DNA of 64,000 bases from Candidatus Eiseniibacteriota bacterium. GTDB lineage: Bacteria > Eisenbacteria > RBG-16-71-46 > CAIMUX01 > VGJL01. The stretch is from NCBI GenBank assembly GCA_041946735.1, contig JBHGAY010000001.1:224001-288000 (forward strand), given 5' to 3'. Below, in pieces: positions 17,968 to 28,689 of this stretch. The first letter of the stretch is position 1. Every line of letters starts with the position of its first letter. The notes under the pieces were generated by a model. The model was not told the origin of the DNA, made no database searches, and saw only the letters and a program-made list of their open reading frames with translations. The position numbers were made by a program, and so were the translations under genes.

Positions 17968-19629
17968 ATGCGCCGCCGTTCTTTCCCGAGTTTCCCAGCC
18001 GCGCTCCGCGGTCCGTGCCACAGCGTGGCGACCCGTCGCTCCGCAGCTCCGGCGATCCTCTTCCCGCTGGCTCTCGCTCTCGCCCTTGTCACGCAGGGTT
18101 GCGTCGCGTGGCGCGCGCCAAGGAAGCCGATCGAGCAGGTGATGACCGACCGGCATCCCGAAGTGGTCCGGGTCAGCGTGCGAGAGGCGGATGGAGACGT
18201 GAGCCGCCGCCTCGTCATGACTCCGTGGATCGAATCGGACAGCCTGCTCGGCTACGAGGCCGATACCCTGGCCGCGCGATCGAATGTCTATCGGGTGATG
18301 CCTCCGAAGACTCGCGTCGCGATTCCCCTGTCGTCGATCCAGCAGACCGAGATCCGCAAGCCGGCCGTCGGCGCCGGGACGATCATCGTCGGGGCGGTCG
18401 CCGCGGCGCTTCTGGTCGCGGCGCTCACCGCCGACTTCGACACCGGTGGCGACGGTGGCACGCTGAGCGATAGCGGCAACATGGGCAGCTGCCCCGTCGT
18501 ATCGAGCTGGGATGGCTCCCGCTGGAGACTCGACTCGGCGACCTTCGGCGGGGCGATCGCAGAATGCCTCCGGCGCACCGACGTCGATCTGCTCGAGTTC
18601 GCTTCCGCCTCTCCGGACGGGCGGGTACACCTCGCGATGGAGGATCCGCTCGACGAGACGGAGCACGTCGATCGCGTCACGCTCCTCGTGGTCGAGCACG
18701 ATCGCGGCGTTTCGATCGCGCCCGACGCCGAAGGCCGGCTCTGCACGCTCGGTCCGCTCATCGCGCCGCTCTCGGCCGCCGACTTTGCGGGAAACGACGC
18801 GCTCGACCGGGTCGCGGCGCTCGACGACTGGAGCTGGGAATCGGTGCCGGCAATCCGCGACACCTCGGATGCGCAGACACTGCGGGACGGCCTCGTGCTC
18901 CGGTTCCCGTGCCCTTCGGGCGCCAGTCAGGGGAAGCTCGTCGTGGACGGGCGGAACAGCTCCTGGGCGAACTACCTGATGTACGTCTTCGTCGCGGCTC
19001 ACGGAAGCGAAACCGGAGCATGGTACGAGGCGCTCGCCGCCGATCCGGAGAGGGCGCGGCGGGCGATCCCCTTCCTCTTCCGGGATGCCTTCCTGTCGGT
19101 CGAACTCCTCACCGATCAAGGTTGGCGTCCGCAGGGAACGCTGTACGAGGCGGGCCCGGAGGTGCGCAAGCGGCAGGTATGCCGCCTCGATCTCCGTGAT
19201 GCGGCGGGCGAGGAGACGATCGAGGTGCGGGTTCGGTCCCTCCCTTCCTTCTGGGTGATCGACCGGGTGGCGATCGACACGAGTGAGGATGGAGTGATCG
19301 ACGTCCGCGAGATCGAGGCGGAGTCGGCCGCCGACCAGGACGGCAAGGACATCCGGCGATCGATCCGGCGGATCGATGCCGAGGAGTACCGGATGGAGCA
19401 GGGCGACCGCGCCGATCTCGTCTTCGATGCCGGCGGCCCGCCGGCCGAGGGGCGAGCGCGCAGCTTCGTCCTGCAGACGAGCGGGTGGTACTGGATCCAC
19501 AGCCGCGACGATGGCAAGCCGGACATCGCCATGCTCTCCCTCCTCGAGCGGGATCCGGCGGCGCTCGGGCGGCTCGCCGTGGCGCGCGCCAACCGGGCGA
19601 CCGCGCTTCTCTCGCGGGCCCGCCCGTAA
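17968..19629 (+). CDS. Hypothetical lipoprotein with internal TM and 'SCP...WDG' domain, 553 aa
   Basis: GGAGGG RBS; lipobox-like ALVTQGC; GSCPVVSSWDG resembles the SCP-x4-WDG module of ASPIC/UnbV-associated proteins. Confidence 0.75.
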   Translation: MRRRSFPSFPAALRGPCHSVATRRSAAPAILFPLALALALVTQGCVAWRAPRKPIEQVMTDRHPEVVRVSVREADGDVSRRLVMTPWIESDSLLGYEADTLAARSNVYRVMPPKTRVAIPLSSIQQTEIRKPAVGAGTIIVGAVAAALLVAALTADFDTGGDGGTLSDSGNMGSCPVVSSWDGSRWRLDSATFGGAIAECLRRTDVDLLEFASASPDGRVHLAMEDPLDETEHVDRVTLLVVEHDRGVSIAPDAEGRLCTLGPLIAPLSAADFAGNDALDRVAALDDWSWESVPAIRDTSDAQTLRDGLVLRFPCPSGASQGKLVVDGRNSSWANYLMYVFVAAHGSETGAWYEALAADPERARRAIPFLFRDAFLSVELLTDQGWRPQGTLYEAGPEVRKRQVCRLDLRDAAGEETIEVRVRSLPSFWVIDRVAIDTSEDGVIDVREIEAESAADQDGKDIRRSIRRIDAEEYRMEQGDRADLVFDAGGPPAEGRARSFVLQTSGWYWIHSRDDGKPDIAMLSLLERDPAALGRLAVARANRATALLSRARP

Positions 19630-19642
19630 GGCAGGGAGGATC

Positions 19643-22126
19643 TTGAGAACGCGCGGGAGGACGCCGCCTCGCGGGCTCTTCTACGCGATCAGCATCGTCG
19701 CGCTGGCGGTCGGCCTGTGGGGGTATCTGCGGCTGCCCGCGATCTCCCTGCCTCCGGCCAGCGTTCTTGCGGAGAAGCTCGATTCCCCGGTCCGCGTCGA
19801 GGGATGGACGGTCCGCGATCGCGCCCAGCTGCGATTCGTGACGCAGTCGATTCCGCCGGGGCGCTCCATCGTGATCGAGCCGGTCGAAGTGGCGACCGGC
19901 GGCGGGCGGCCAGGCCAGCCGGCCGCCCCGCAGACGCGGACGATCACGCTGATTCCCCAGATTCCGACCAGGCAGCGCGCGATCATCCTCGCCGTCGGGC
20001 TCGTCTTCTTCGCGGTCAACCTGCTCGTCTTCGCTCCCCGAATGCGTGACCGCTCCGTCCATGGCTTCTACGCTTCGACGCTCCTCTACGGGACGGCGAT
20101 CCTGATCAATGGCGCCTATCTCCCGACGGGCCCCCTTTGGCCGGACGTGGTCCCTGCGCTGGTCTGGCTGATCGCGCTCGCGCTCCTTCCGGTCCTCTTC
20201 CTTCACATCGCGCTTACCTTTCCCAAGCGCCACCCGCGGCTCGACCGCGTCCCCCCGCTGTTCCCCATCCTGTGGATCGGGATGGCCGGCCTGGCGATCG
20301 CGGAATGTATAGCCCTCCTGGCCTATGGAAGCGACAGGTCGATCGAGCGATGGGTCCTCTTCGCCTCGCTGCGGCACGCGGCGGAATGGCTCGTCCCGCT
20401 CCTCGTGTTCGCCGCGATCGTCCTGCTCTTCCGAGCCTCGTCGCGCCTGGACATTACGCGGCAGCGGCTTCAGGCGCGGTGGCTGCAGTGGGGATTCGCG
20501 ATCGGCGTCCTTCCCTACGTCTTCCTGCGTTCGCTGCCGCGCCTCTTCGGAATGGAGTCGCCGCTGGATCCGGAGTTCGACCGCCTCTTCGAGCTGGCCA
20601 TCCCGGCCGGCTTCACGATGGCGGTCGTGCGCCACCGGCTCTTCGACATCGATCTCGTCGTGCGCCGCAGCGTCCTTTATTCGACCCTCGCGGCGCTTCT
20701 CGCGGCGGTCTACTTCACCCTGACGCTTCTCCTCGGGCGGGTGGCCGGCATCTCCTCGCCCGGCCTCGCCGCAGCGGTGTCGGCGCTGGGAGCCGGCGCC
20801 GCCGTGGCGCTCTTCGCTCCCACGCGCCGCGCCGTCGGCCACTGGATCGACCGGACTCTGTTCAAGCTCCGCACCGATCACGCACGAGAGCTTCGGGCGT
20901 TCGAGGCGTCCCTCGAAGAGGTAGCCGGGCCTCAGGAGGTGGCGGAGAGCCTGCACCGCCTCGTACAGCGCGCGCTCGAACCCCGTCGGGCGCTGGTTCG
21001 CATGCCTGGATCCCAGGGGGAAGACGGGGCTGGCGCAGGGGACCGCGACCTCTGGCCGCCCGAGCAGGCCGAGGCGCTCACGGACGGCCTTCCGACGTGG
21101 ACGATCCGTACGATCTATGCCGCAAGCGAGAGCACCGGAACTCCCGAAGAGGAGTGCGCCGACTATCCGGGCTGGTTGCGCCGTCGTGGCGTCGTGCTCG
21201 CCGTCCCGGTCTTGATCGACTCCTCGGACCCCGGTTGGATCCTGCTTGGCGAGAAGCGGAGCGAGCGCCGCTACATCGACGAGGATCTCCGCCTGCTAAG
21301 GGACGCCGCTCGCGCGGCCGGCGGCGCAGTCGACCGGATCTTGCTGATCCAGCGGGCCGCGGCCGAGGCGGCCGCCGCTCGGCGCCTCGACGAGCTCACG
21401 CGCCTGAAGGACGATTTCCTCGGCCGCGTGGCCCACGACCTGCGAACGCCTCTCACCGCGATCGACTGGTCGCTCCGCAATCTCCAGGACGGGCTCGCCG
21501 GTCCGCTCGCTCCGCGGCAGTCCGACTATCTGCGGTCGATCCGGGCTGCAACCGATCAGCTCGGCCGGCTCGTGAGCAATCTGGTCGAGCTGACGCGCCT
21601 CGACTCCCCGGCGGTCGAGCACCTGATCGAGGCCCTCTCGCTGCGAGAGATCGTCTGCGACGCGCTCGCGATGCTCGCCCCCGTGGCGGCGGAGCGAACC
21701 GTCCGCCTCGAGCTGCGGGCCACCACGCCGCTCCCTCCAGTACGGGCCGACCGGCGCTGCCTCTCCGGCGCGGTCATGAATCTCATCGACAATGCGGTCC
21801 GCTACTCTCCGGACGGTGAGACCGTCGAGGTGTCGATCGAACGCGTGGCGGGCGGCTCCCAGACCCTTACAGTGCGGGATCACGGTCCGGGAGTCGCGCC
21901 CGAGGATCGGGAGACGATCTTCGAGCGATACGGCACCGGGAGGCGCTCCCCCTCGGATCGCCGCCGGGCCGGACTCGGGTTGGGTCTCTACGTCGCGCGA
22001 TGCGGGATCGAGGCGAGCGGAGGATCGATCGCCGTCGACGACCATCCCGAGGGAGGCGCGCGCTTCGTCTTCACCCTGCAGGATTGGAGGGAGGTCTCCG
22101 ATGGGGACGATCCTGATCGTCGATGA
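19643..22126 (+). CDS. Multi-TM sensor histidine kinase with GAF-like domain
   Basis: TTG start after GGAGG; many TM helices; VAHDLRTPL (H box), NLIDNAVRYS, DHGPGV and GLGLGL. Confidence 0.92.
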   Translation: MRTRGRTPPRGLFYAISIVALAVGLWGYLRLPAISLPPASVLAEKLDSPVRVEGWTVRDRAQLRFVTQSIPPGRSIVIEPVEVATGGGRPGQPAAPQTRTITLIPQIPTRQRAIILAVGLVFFAVNLLVFAPRMRDRSVHGFYASTLLYGTAILINGAYLPTGPLWPDVVPALVWLIALALLPVLFLHIALTFPKRHPRLDRVPPLFPILWIGMAGLAIAECIALLAYGSDRSIERWVLFASLRHAAEWLVPLLVFAAIVLLFRASSRLDITRQRLQARWLQWGFAIGVLPYVFLRSLPRLFGMESPLDPEFDRLFELAIPAGFTMAVVRHRLFDIDLVVRRSVLYSTLAALLAAVYFTLTLLLGRVAGISSPGLAAAVSALGAGAAVALFAPTRRAVGHWIDRTLFKLRTDHARELRAFEASLEEVAGPQEVAESLHRLVQRALEPRRALVRMPGSQGEDGAGAGDRDLWPPEQAEALTDGLPTWTIRTIYAASESTGTPEEECADYPGWLRRRGVVLAVPVLIDSSDPGWILLGEKRSERRYIDEDLRLLRDAARAAGGAVDRILLIQRAAAEAAAARRLDELTRLKDDFLGRVAHDLRTPLTAIDWSLRNLQDGLAGPLAPRQSDYLRSIRAATDQLGRLVSNLVELTRLDSPAVEHLIEALSLREIVCDALAMLAPVAAERTVRLELRATTPLPPVRADRRCLSGAVMNLIDNAVRYSPDGETVEVSIERVAGGSQTLTVRDHGPGVAPEDRETIFERYGTGRRSPSDRRRAGLGLGLYVARCGIEASGGSIAVDDHPEGGARFVFTLQDWREVSDGDDPDRR

Positions 22127-23474
22127 CGACGCGGCGCTCCGGCGCGCCCTCCGCGACCGGCTCGAGTTCTGGGGACACGCCCCGTTCGAGGCGAAAGACG
22201 GTGCGGCAGCGCTCGAGCAGTGCGAAAGGCGGGAGTTCGATCTCGTCCTGCTCGATCTGGCGATGCCGGGAATGGGCGGGCAGGAGGTGCTGGAGGAGCT
22301 GAAGCGGCGCGGTTCGGCCGCGGCGGTCGTCATCTTGACCGCCCACGGCACGATCGGCGCCGCGGTCCAGGCACTGAAAGCCGGGGCGGAGGACTTTCTC
22401 TTGAAGCCTGCGGACTTCGACCTGCTCCGCTCCGTCATCGATCGCGCCTTCGAGTCGCGCAACGCGCGCCGCGTGACGCACGCCCTGCGCGAGGATCGTG
22501 CGGGCGAAGCGGCCGGATTCGTCGAGGCGGCCTCCCCTACGATGCGCAAGCTTCTCGAGACGGCCTCGCGCGCCGCTCAGTCCAACGCGACGATCCTCGT
22601 CACGGGCGAGAGCGGGACCGGCAAGCAGGTTCTCTCCGAATACGTGCACCGGCAGAGCGCGCGCGCGAAGGGGCCGTTCGTCTACATCAACTGCGTCGCC
22701 CTCTCGGACGAGCTGATCGAATCCACCCTCTTCGGGCACGAGAAAGGGGCGTTCACCGGGGCCATCGCTCGCAAGGAAGGGCGCCTCGAGGCGGCGGCGG
22801 GAGGTACCGCCTTCCTCGACGAGGTCGGCGACATCAGCCCTCGTCTGCAGGCGAAGCTGCTCCACTTTCTCGAGACGAACGAGTTCGAGCGCGTCGGCGG
22901 AACCCGCACGATCCGCGTCGACTGCCGGATCATCGCAGCCACCAACCGGGATCTCGACGCCGCCGTCCGGGAGGGACGCTTCCGGCAAGACCTCTACTTC
23001 CGCCTGAACGTGATCCGGCTCGACGTGCCTCCGTTGCGCGCGCGCAAGGAAGACGTCCCGATCCTGGCCGAGGCGTTTCTCGCCCGCTTTGCCGGTGAGC
23101 TGCGGCGACCCGGTCTCGCCTTCACGCCTGCCACGATGCGCCTGCTCGCGCAGTATCCGTGGCCGGGCAACGTCCGGCAGCTCCGCAACTCGATCGAACG
23201 CATGGCCGTCCTGGCGACCGGCGCCGCTCTCGATCCCGATCTGCTGCCTCCCGAGCTGTTCACGGTGGAGATCGGAGGGATCGAGCCGAGGACCGAGGGG
23301 CGAGGCGCGCCGGCGGGCGGGGCGCTGCCCTTGCGGGAGGCCATGCAGGACTTCAAACGGGAGTACATCCGGCAGGCTCTCGCTCGCGCGGGGGGGAACC
23401 AGACCCGAGCCGCCGAGGCGCTCGGCCTGCAACGGACCTTCTTGAACCGCTTGATCCGCGAAATGGGGCTGTGA
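22101..23474 (+). CDS. NtrC-family sigma54-dependent response regulator
   Basis: Receiver ILIVDDD/LLDLAMP/LKP; GESGTGK, GHEKGAFTGA, FLDEVG and WPGNVRQL; Fis HTH GNQTRAAEALG. Confidence 0.96.
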   Translation: MGTILIVDDDAALRRALRDRLEFWGHAPFEAKDGAAALEQCERREFDLVLLDLAMPGMGGQEVLEELKRRGSAAAVVILTAHGTIGAAVQALKAGAEDFLLKPADFDLLRSVIDRAFESRNARRVTHALREDRAGEAAGFVEAASPTMRKLLETASRAAQSNATILVTGESGTGKQVLSEYVHRQSARAKGPFVYINCVALSDELIESTLFGHEKGAFTGAIARKEGRLEAAAGGTAFLDEVGDISPRLQAKLLHFLETNEFERVGGTRTIRVDCRIIAATNRDLDAAVREGRFRQDLYFRLNVIRLDVPPLRARKEDVPILAEAFLARFAGELRRPGLAFTPATMRLLAQYPWPGNVRQLRNSIERMAVLATGAALDPDLLPPELFTVEIGGIEPRTEGRGAPAGGALPLREAMQDFKREYIRQALARAGGNQTRAAEALGLQRTFLNRLIREMGL

Positions 23475-23586
23475 GCAAGACCGCCGCCGCGGCGACGCGA
23501 CGGAAGCGGCGAGGATGGCGGGCAGGTCCCAGCGCTCGGCGATGCGCTGAGACCTGACCTGCGTCGCTAGGCGCGCCTCGGGCCTT

Positions 23587-24876
23587 TCAGAGACAGCGGG
23601 TCAGAATTCGGAACTGCTTCGGTCCCCCCTCGCGCAGCTTCAGGGAGACGATGCGAAGCTCCTTCCCTTCCGATTCTTTCGCGACCTTGGAGTCGTCCCA
23701 GGTGACGTGCCACCCGCCTTCGTTCCGCAAGCCGCGATGCGACCCCTTGACCGTCGCCGGGTACGGGTCGCCCGCGGGAATGTTCTCGAAGACATCCCAC
23801 GGCGTGATGGTCAACTCACCGGAGTAGGAGGCGTCGCAGAGGTAGTTGCCGCCGGGCAGGACCTCCGCCTTCTTGTCGAAGGTGACGGGACCTTCGACGA
23901 GGACGAACTGCGAACCGTCGTTGCAGAACGGCTTCGGCACGATCTGCTGGTAGACCTCGGTGACCGTCTCGCTCCAGCTCCCAGGAAGGACCGCCGCCGC
24001 GGCCGCGAGGTACAGAATCGTCGCCTGGCCGTCCGTCGGGATGCCGACCGGCTCTGCCACCTGCTCGGGCGCGCCAGGACCGAGGATCAGAACCTGCAGG
24101 TCCCGGGGCAGGGCGTTGTAGATCTCGGCGGGGATCTCCCGGAAGGTCGGCGCGTCGTTGATCAGGCCGGACGGCATCATCGGAACGCTGGGATCGAGGA
24201 GCCCGGTCCGGACCATGTCGGCGATGACCAGTTGCTCGGCCAGCTCCCAGTGCAGCACCTGATGGTCGGCCGTCCCCGGTATGAGGATCTCGAAGTGGGC
24301 GGCAGCGACGGTCCAGGTGCCGTCCCCGAAGGGGCTGTTCGTCTCGAAGAGCCGCATATGCACCCGTGCGGGGTCGTAGTGGCCGCACTGCAGCTGCACG
24401 TAGTTGGCCGTCCAGCCCTCCGCGCCGGCCCAGCATGTCTGGACGTCGCCATTCGCCTCCGACCACGTGCCGTTGAAGGGATCGACATCGGGGAATCCGA
24501 AGGCGGTGCGATCGCCGTCGAGCGCCATCAGCGCGGCGCGGATCTGCAACGGTTCCGCCTGACCGACGAAGATCAAGTTCACCGGGTCGGATGGCTCGCC
24601 GTCGAACGAGCTGCCCGTGTAGGGCCAGAGATCGAGGGACGGATCGCCGAAGTGGACCGTGACGATGCCGGATGGAGGAGCGGCATCGCGTGTCTCGTGC
24701 TCGCTCGCCCCCGGAAGACCGGCAAGGCTGGCGTCGTCATCGTCCCCGCTCGAGAAGGTGGGTCCGGCGGGATTCCCGTCGTCGGAACACCCGGCGAGGC
24801 CGCCGAGCCCCGCGACGAGGAGCACGATAGAGAACATTCCGAACAGCGACACCAGAGGAAGATGGGAAGCGCGCAT
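23587..24876 (-). CDS. Hypothetical lipoprotein, 429 aa (DPVNLIFVG...RVHMR segment resembles LssY C-terminal domains)
   Basis: AGGAGG RBS; lipobox LAGC; coherent codon usage. Confidence 0.8.
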   Translation of the reverse strand: MRASHLPLVSLFGMFSIVLLVAGLGGLAGCSDDGNPAGPTFSSGDDDDASLAGLPGASEHETRDAAPPSGIVTVHFGDPSLDLWPYTGSSFDGEPSDPVNLIFVGQAEPLQIRAALMALDGDRTAFGFPDVDPFNGTWSEANGDVQTCWAGAEGWTANYVQLQCGHYDPARVHMRLFETNSPFGDGTWTVAAAHFEILIPGTADHQVLHWELAEQLVIADMVRTGLLDPSVPMMPSGLINDAPTFREIPAEIYNALPRDLQVLILGPGAPEQVAEPVGIPTDGQATILYLAAAAAVLPGSWSETVTEVYQQIVPKPFCNDGSQFVLVEGPVTFDKKAEVLPGGNYLCDASYSGELTITPWDVFENIPAGDPYPATVKGSHRGLRNEGGWHVTWDDSKVAKESEGKELRIVSLKLREGGPKQFRILTRCL

Positions 24877-25015
24877 CGGGTCCTCCTGAGGAAACGGAGC
24901 CCGCGTCCTCGGACTCCTCAGCCTCGGTCCACCGCTCGGCTCCTTCGCACGATGGCTCCCACGTTGCCTTTGTCGTCGCGTGGAGCCGCTCGCCGGTGAA
25001 CCTGGCGTCTCTGTC

Positions 25016-25032
25016 TGCATGCTCCGTGCCGA
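25016..25032 (-). promoter_or_regulatory. Sigma54 (-24/-12) promoter for the 24876 lipoprotein gene
   Basis: TCGGCACGGAGCATGCA = GG-N10-GC with a GGCACG core. Confidence 0.65.
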
Positions 25033-25302
25033 AGCGCGTCGGGCATGACCCGGCCGGCCCGCCCGGAGGCGCCGGAAATCCGCGACCCGTTGGCGACAAC
25101 CGTTTGCGCGATCCTGCTTGTGCCCCCGATCCGCCGCGATCCCGGGCACGCGCGGCGGGAACGGGCGGGGGCGTATGCGGCGGCAGACGGACGGGTATCT
25201 TCCGGGATGCATGGAGGCGGACGGCCGATGCCGGCGACGATCGGTCGCAATCCCGCAGCCGGCTTTCTCCGGGAGCCTTCGGCCCTCGTTTCGCCGAAAG
25301 GC

Positions 25303-28300
25303 TCAGCGACGGCTTCTCGACCGCAGTTCCGGCTTCAGGGAGGCGGCCTCGGCCGCCAGGGCTTGCATGCGAGGCGAGGGGGACAGGTCGAGATCCTGGG
25401 CCAGGCGCTCCTCGTAGCGGTGGTACGCCTCGAGCGCATCGTGCCGGTTCCCGGAACGAGCCAGCGCATGGATGAGGTGCCAGGCGATCTCTTCGCTGTA
25501 CGGATCGTGGAGCAGCCCGCGCCGGGAAAGCGGAATCACCTTCTCCCATCCCCGTCCGCCCGCGTGGATCTCGATCAGCCGCCGCAGCGCGCTCAGGTAG
25601 AGGTCCCGAGCATCCTCGCGGGCCGCCGCAAGGAACTCCTCGTACGGACTCTCCTCGAAGAGATCCCCGCGGTACAAGTCGACCGCCTCCTGAAGCGTCT
25701 TCTCGGCGCGGCGGCGGCGGCCCTGGTCGAGCCATCGCTCCCCCGTCGCGATCCTGCGCTCGAACTCCTCGAGATCCGACTCGCCTCCTTCGCCTGGGTC
25801 GAAGCGGTACGCCTCGTTACGGAAGCGCACGTACGGGGAAGCGTGCGTTCCGCCGGCGTCGCTCTCCAGAGCGCGCCGGAGGAGGTGCACGCTCTGGCGC
25901 AGGTTGTTCCGCCCCTTCTCCGGATCCGCATCCGGCCAGAGCGTCTCGAGGATCAGATCGGCCGGCACCCAGCGCCCTCTCTGAAGGAAGAGGTACTGCA
26001 GAAGGCGCGTCGCGCGCGCGGAGCGTAGGCGCTCGGGCCCGATCACCTCGCCGCTCGGCAGCAGGATGCGGAAGGGACCGAGGACCTGGAGCCGCAAGGG
26101 GACGGCAGGAGCGTTCTTCAGATCAGCCGCCGCGCTGCGGGCGGCCCACCCCGCGTCGGAGTCCTTGCGCCCCTCGCGCTCGAGGATCCGTTGCGCCCGG
26201 AAGCCGCCTATCTGGGCGAGGGTCTCGATGAAACGGCGGCGGACCGGATCTTCCACCTTCTCCATCGCTTCCTCGATGGCAGGCACCGCCCTCTCGCCGA
26301 TTGCCGCGAGCATCGCAGCCGCGAAATCGGGCTCGATCTCCTTCGCGATCGCCCTGGCGAGGACGACCACCGCCCGGTCCGGCTCGATCTCCGTGAGCAG
26401 GAACCGGTGATCGAGCCGGGCGATCCCGGCGAGGAACTCCGCCAGCGCCCTCGCTTCCCGGCGTGGCGCGACGTCTCCGGCGGCGAGGCGCAGGAGCAGC
26501 ACTTCATGGAGACCGAAGGATGACCCGATCCTCCGGTAGATCGTTTCCGCGCGCCGCCACCAGCGCCCCGCCACCGAGGCGGCAACGGGCGACGGCGGCC
26601 GCGCGCGGCCGAGCGTTACGTAGCATCGCGCCTCGACGTAGGGAGAGCGACCGCGGCGCGTGTGCGCCAGCACCTCCCGCGCCAGGATCTCCGCGGCCGG
26701 CCGGTTGCCTTCGAGCAAATGGGCAGCGGCGAGTCCGAGCTGCGGCCACGTGAGAAGCGACAGTTCCCCGAGTTGCTCGCCGAGCTGCCTCGCACGCCCG
26801 AGGTGCATCCGGGCGGCGGCCGGGTTCCGCGCAAGGAGCGCGCAGATGCCGAGCGTGTAGTGGCAGTATCCTTCCGCCATCCGGTACTCGAGGCTTTCGG
26901 CCAGGCGGAGCGCCCGCTCGGCGAGATCGCGCGCTTCGCGCGGCTCTCCCGCGGCGGCCGCATGCTGCGCGATCCCCATCATGGAATGGCAGATCCAGTG
27001 CGGATCGCCCAGTCGCTGGAAGAGGACGAGCGCCTGCCGTCCCGCCTCCTTCGCGCGCCGGTAGTCGCCACGGTAGTAGTGAACGTTCGCCGCGAGCAGG
27101 CAGAGGACTCGCCCTTCCCCGCTCGCATCGTCGATCCCTCGAAAGATCCGGATGGCTCGATCGAAATGTCTCTCCGCTTCCGCCAGCCTGCCCATCTCTC
27201 CGGCCGAGACCCCGAGAAGGCAGAGCACGCGACCTCGAAGCTGCGCGGACTTCCTGCCGGGCTGCCGGAGCGCCTCGACGCAGGCCCGCTCTCCTTCGCC
27301 GTATTCTCCGCGCCGGATGTGCGCCTGCCCGAGCAGGCTGAGCAGCTCCGCCTTCGCCAGTCCCCGCGCGACGAGAATCGCCTTCCCATACGTCCGCCGC
27401 GCCTCCTCCCACTCGCCGTGGGTTTCCTGCATGCGCCCGAGCACGGTCAGAGCCGCAGGATGCTGGGACAGCATCGAGTCCGGAATGCTCTCGAGGGCGC
27501 GGCGCAGGACTCGATAATTGCCCGCGGGCAGGAGCTTCTCCCCGAGACGCTCGATCACGGCGAGGGTGGCCCGAGGATCGCCGCCCTCCGCATACTCCAT
27601 CGCCGCCTCCGCCCAGGCTCCCGCCGCCGCCAGCTCCTCGGCGCAGCGAAGCCTTAGCCGTCGCGCCTCCTCCGGGTCGCTCTCGCGGGCGAGCCGGTCC
27701 TTCAGGAACTCGCGAAAGAGGTGGTGATAGCGATACGAAGGAGGGTCGCGGCGAATCGGGAAGGTGAAGAGGTTGCGGGAGCAGAGCGCCTCGAGCCGGG
27801 CGGCGCTGTCGTCAACGCCGAGAACGCGGTCGCACAGTCCCGGCTCCATGGAGGGCAGGACCGAGGAGCGCCGCAGAAACTCCCGCGTCGCCGGATCCAG
27901 GTCGCCCAGGACCTCTTCGGCGAAGTAGGCGAACCACCCGGCGCCCGCCTGCGTCGAGCGATCCAGCGCCTCCTCGATCGCCCACGGCGACCCGCCGGAG
28001 GCCTGGAGAAGGATTTCGATGCCGGCTGCCCATCCTTCGGTCTCCGAGAGAAGCCGGCGGACCAGCGCCGGCTGGATTCCGGCGGCCGGGAAGCGTTGCA
28101 GGAGGAACGACGAGAGCTCCTCCTCCGTGAACTGAAGATCGCGAGTGCCTATGCGGGCGACGGAACCGAGCGACTGCAGCCGCGCCGTCGCCATGGGGAC
28201 CGGTTCGCGAGACGAGAGAACCATCGAGCACGAGTCGGGGAGCGCCTGCGCCAGGCGCTCGAGGAACCGTAGGGCCTCGGCGCACTGCCCTACGTGCTGG

Positions 28301-28689
28301 ACGTCATCGAAGAGAAGGACGATTCCCGAATCGTGAGCGATCGCCGCCCGGAGAAGGCTCGCGAGGAGGGCCGAATCCGAGAGCCTCCCGGCCTTGTGGG
28401 CGAGCGCCTCCGCACGCGCCGGCGAGCGCGAGTCGAGATCCCGGAGGGTGCCCGCCAGACGCGAGGCGAACGTCGCCGGGTCGGCGTCCAGCTCCTCGAG
28501 AGAGTGCCAGATCACCGGGCGGGCGCTCTTTCGAGCCTGCTCGGCGAGGAACGAAGTCTTGCCGAAGCCCGCGCCAGCCGTAACGAGGATCAGCCGATGC
28601 GCGGCCGCCTGCTGCCAAACGGCGTCCAGGCGCGGGCGCGGCAGGTAGTGAAGAGGCAGGGGTGGCGTGTGAGGCGTCGTCACGGCCAT
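25303..28689 (-). CDS. MalT-like ATPase - TPR - SARP (wHTH + BTAD) transcriptional regulator, 1128 aa
   Basis: LPRPRL, AGAGFGKT, LLFDDVQ, TEGWAAG and YRYHHLFREFL (MalT-like); TPR array; C-terminal LQVLGPF, LWPDADPEKGRNNLRQSVHLLRRAL, LYRGDLFEE and DPYSEE (BTAD). Confidence 0.92.
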   Translation of the reverse strand: MAVTTPHTPPLPLHYLPRPRLDAVWQQAAAHRLILVTAGAGFGKTSFLAEQARKSARPVIWHSLEELDADPATFASRLAGTLRDLDSRSPARAEALAHKAGRLSDSALLASLLRAAIAHDSGIVLLFDDVQHVGQCAEALRFLERLAQALPDSCSMVLSSREPVPMATARLQSLGSVARIGTRDLQFTEEELSSFLLQRFPAAGIQPALVRRLLSETEGWAAGIEILLQASGGSPWAIEEALDRSTQAGAGWFAYFAEEVLGDLDPATREFLRRSSVLPSMEPGLCDRVLGVDDSAARLEALCSRNLFTFPIRRDPPSYRYHHLFREFLKDRLARESDPEEARRLRLRCAEELAAAGAWAEAAMEYAEGGDPRATLAVIERLGEKLLPAGNYRVLRRALESIPDSMLSQHPAALTVLGRMQETHGEWEEARRTYGKAILVARGLAKAELLSLLGQAHIRRGEYGEGERACVEALRQPGRKSAQLRGRVLCLLGVSAGEMGRLAEAERHFDRAIRIFRGIDDASGEGRVLCLLAANVHYYRGDYRRAKEAGRQALVLFQRLGDPHWICHSMMGIAQHAAAAGEPREARDLAERALRLAESLEYRMAEGYCHYTLGICALLARNPAAARMHLGRARQLGEQLGELSLLTWPQLGLAAAHLLEGNRPAAEILAREVLAHTRRGRSPYVEARCYVTLGRARPPSPVAASVAGRWWRRAETIYRRIGSSFGLHEVLLLRLAAGDVAPRREARALAEFLAGIARLDHRFLLTEIEPDRAVVVLARAIAKEIEPDFAAAMLAAIGERAVPAIEEAMEKVEDPVRRRFIETLAQIGGFRAQRILEREGRKDSDAGWAARSAAADLKNAPAVPLRLQVLGPFRILLPSGEVIGPERLRSARATRLLQYLFLQRGRWVPADLILETLWPDADPEKGRNNLRQSVHLLRRALESDAGGTHASPYVRFRNEAYRFDPGEGGESDLEEFERRIATGERWLDQGRRRRAEKTLQEAVDLYRGDLFEESPYEEFLAAAREDARDLYLSALRRLIEIHAGGRGWEKVIPLSRRGLLHDPYSEEIAWHLIHALARSGNRHDALEAYHRYEERLAQDLDLSPSPRMQALAAEAASLKPELRSRSRR

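Noticed and set aside
16009..19500. Long antisense or alternative-frame ORFs (e.g. 16009-19500 -, 38494-41877 +, 50620-53454 +, 57663-61010 -, 10151-12742 +)
   Set aside because: Shadow ORFs expected at very high GC; Arg/Pro/Gly-rich, no motifs, and they overlap well-supported genes.
25303..28689. Avs/NLR-type anti-phage STAND protein
   Set aside because: No nuclease, TIR or SIR2 effector; MalT-like plus SARP/BTAD domains indicate a transcription regulator.
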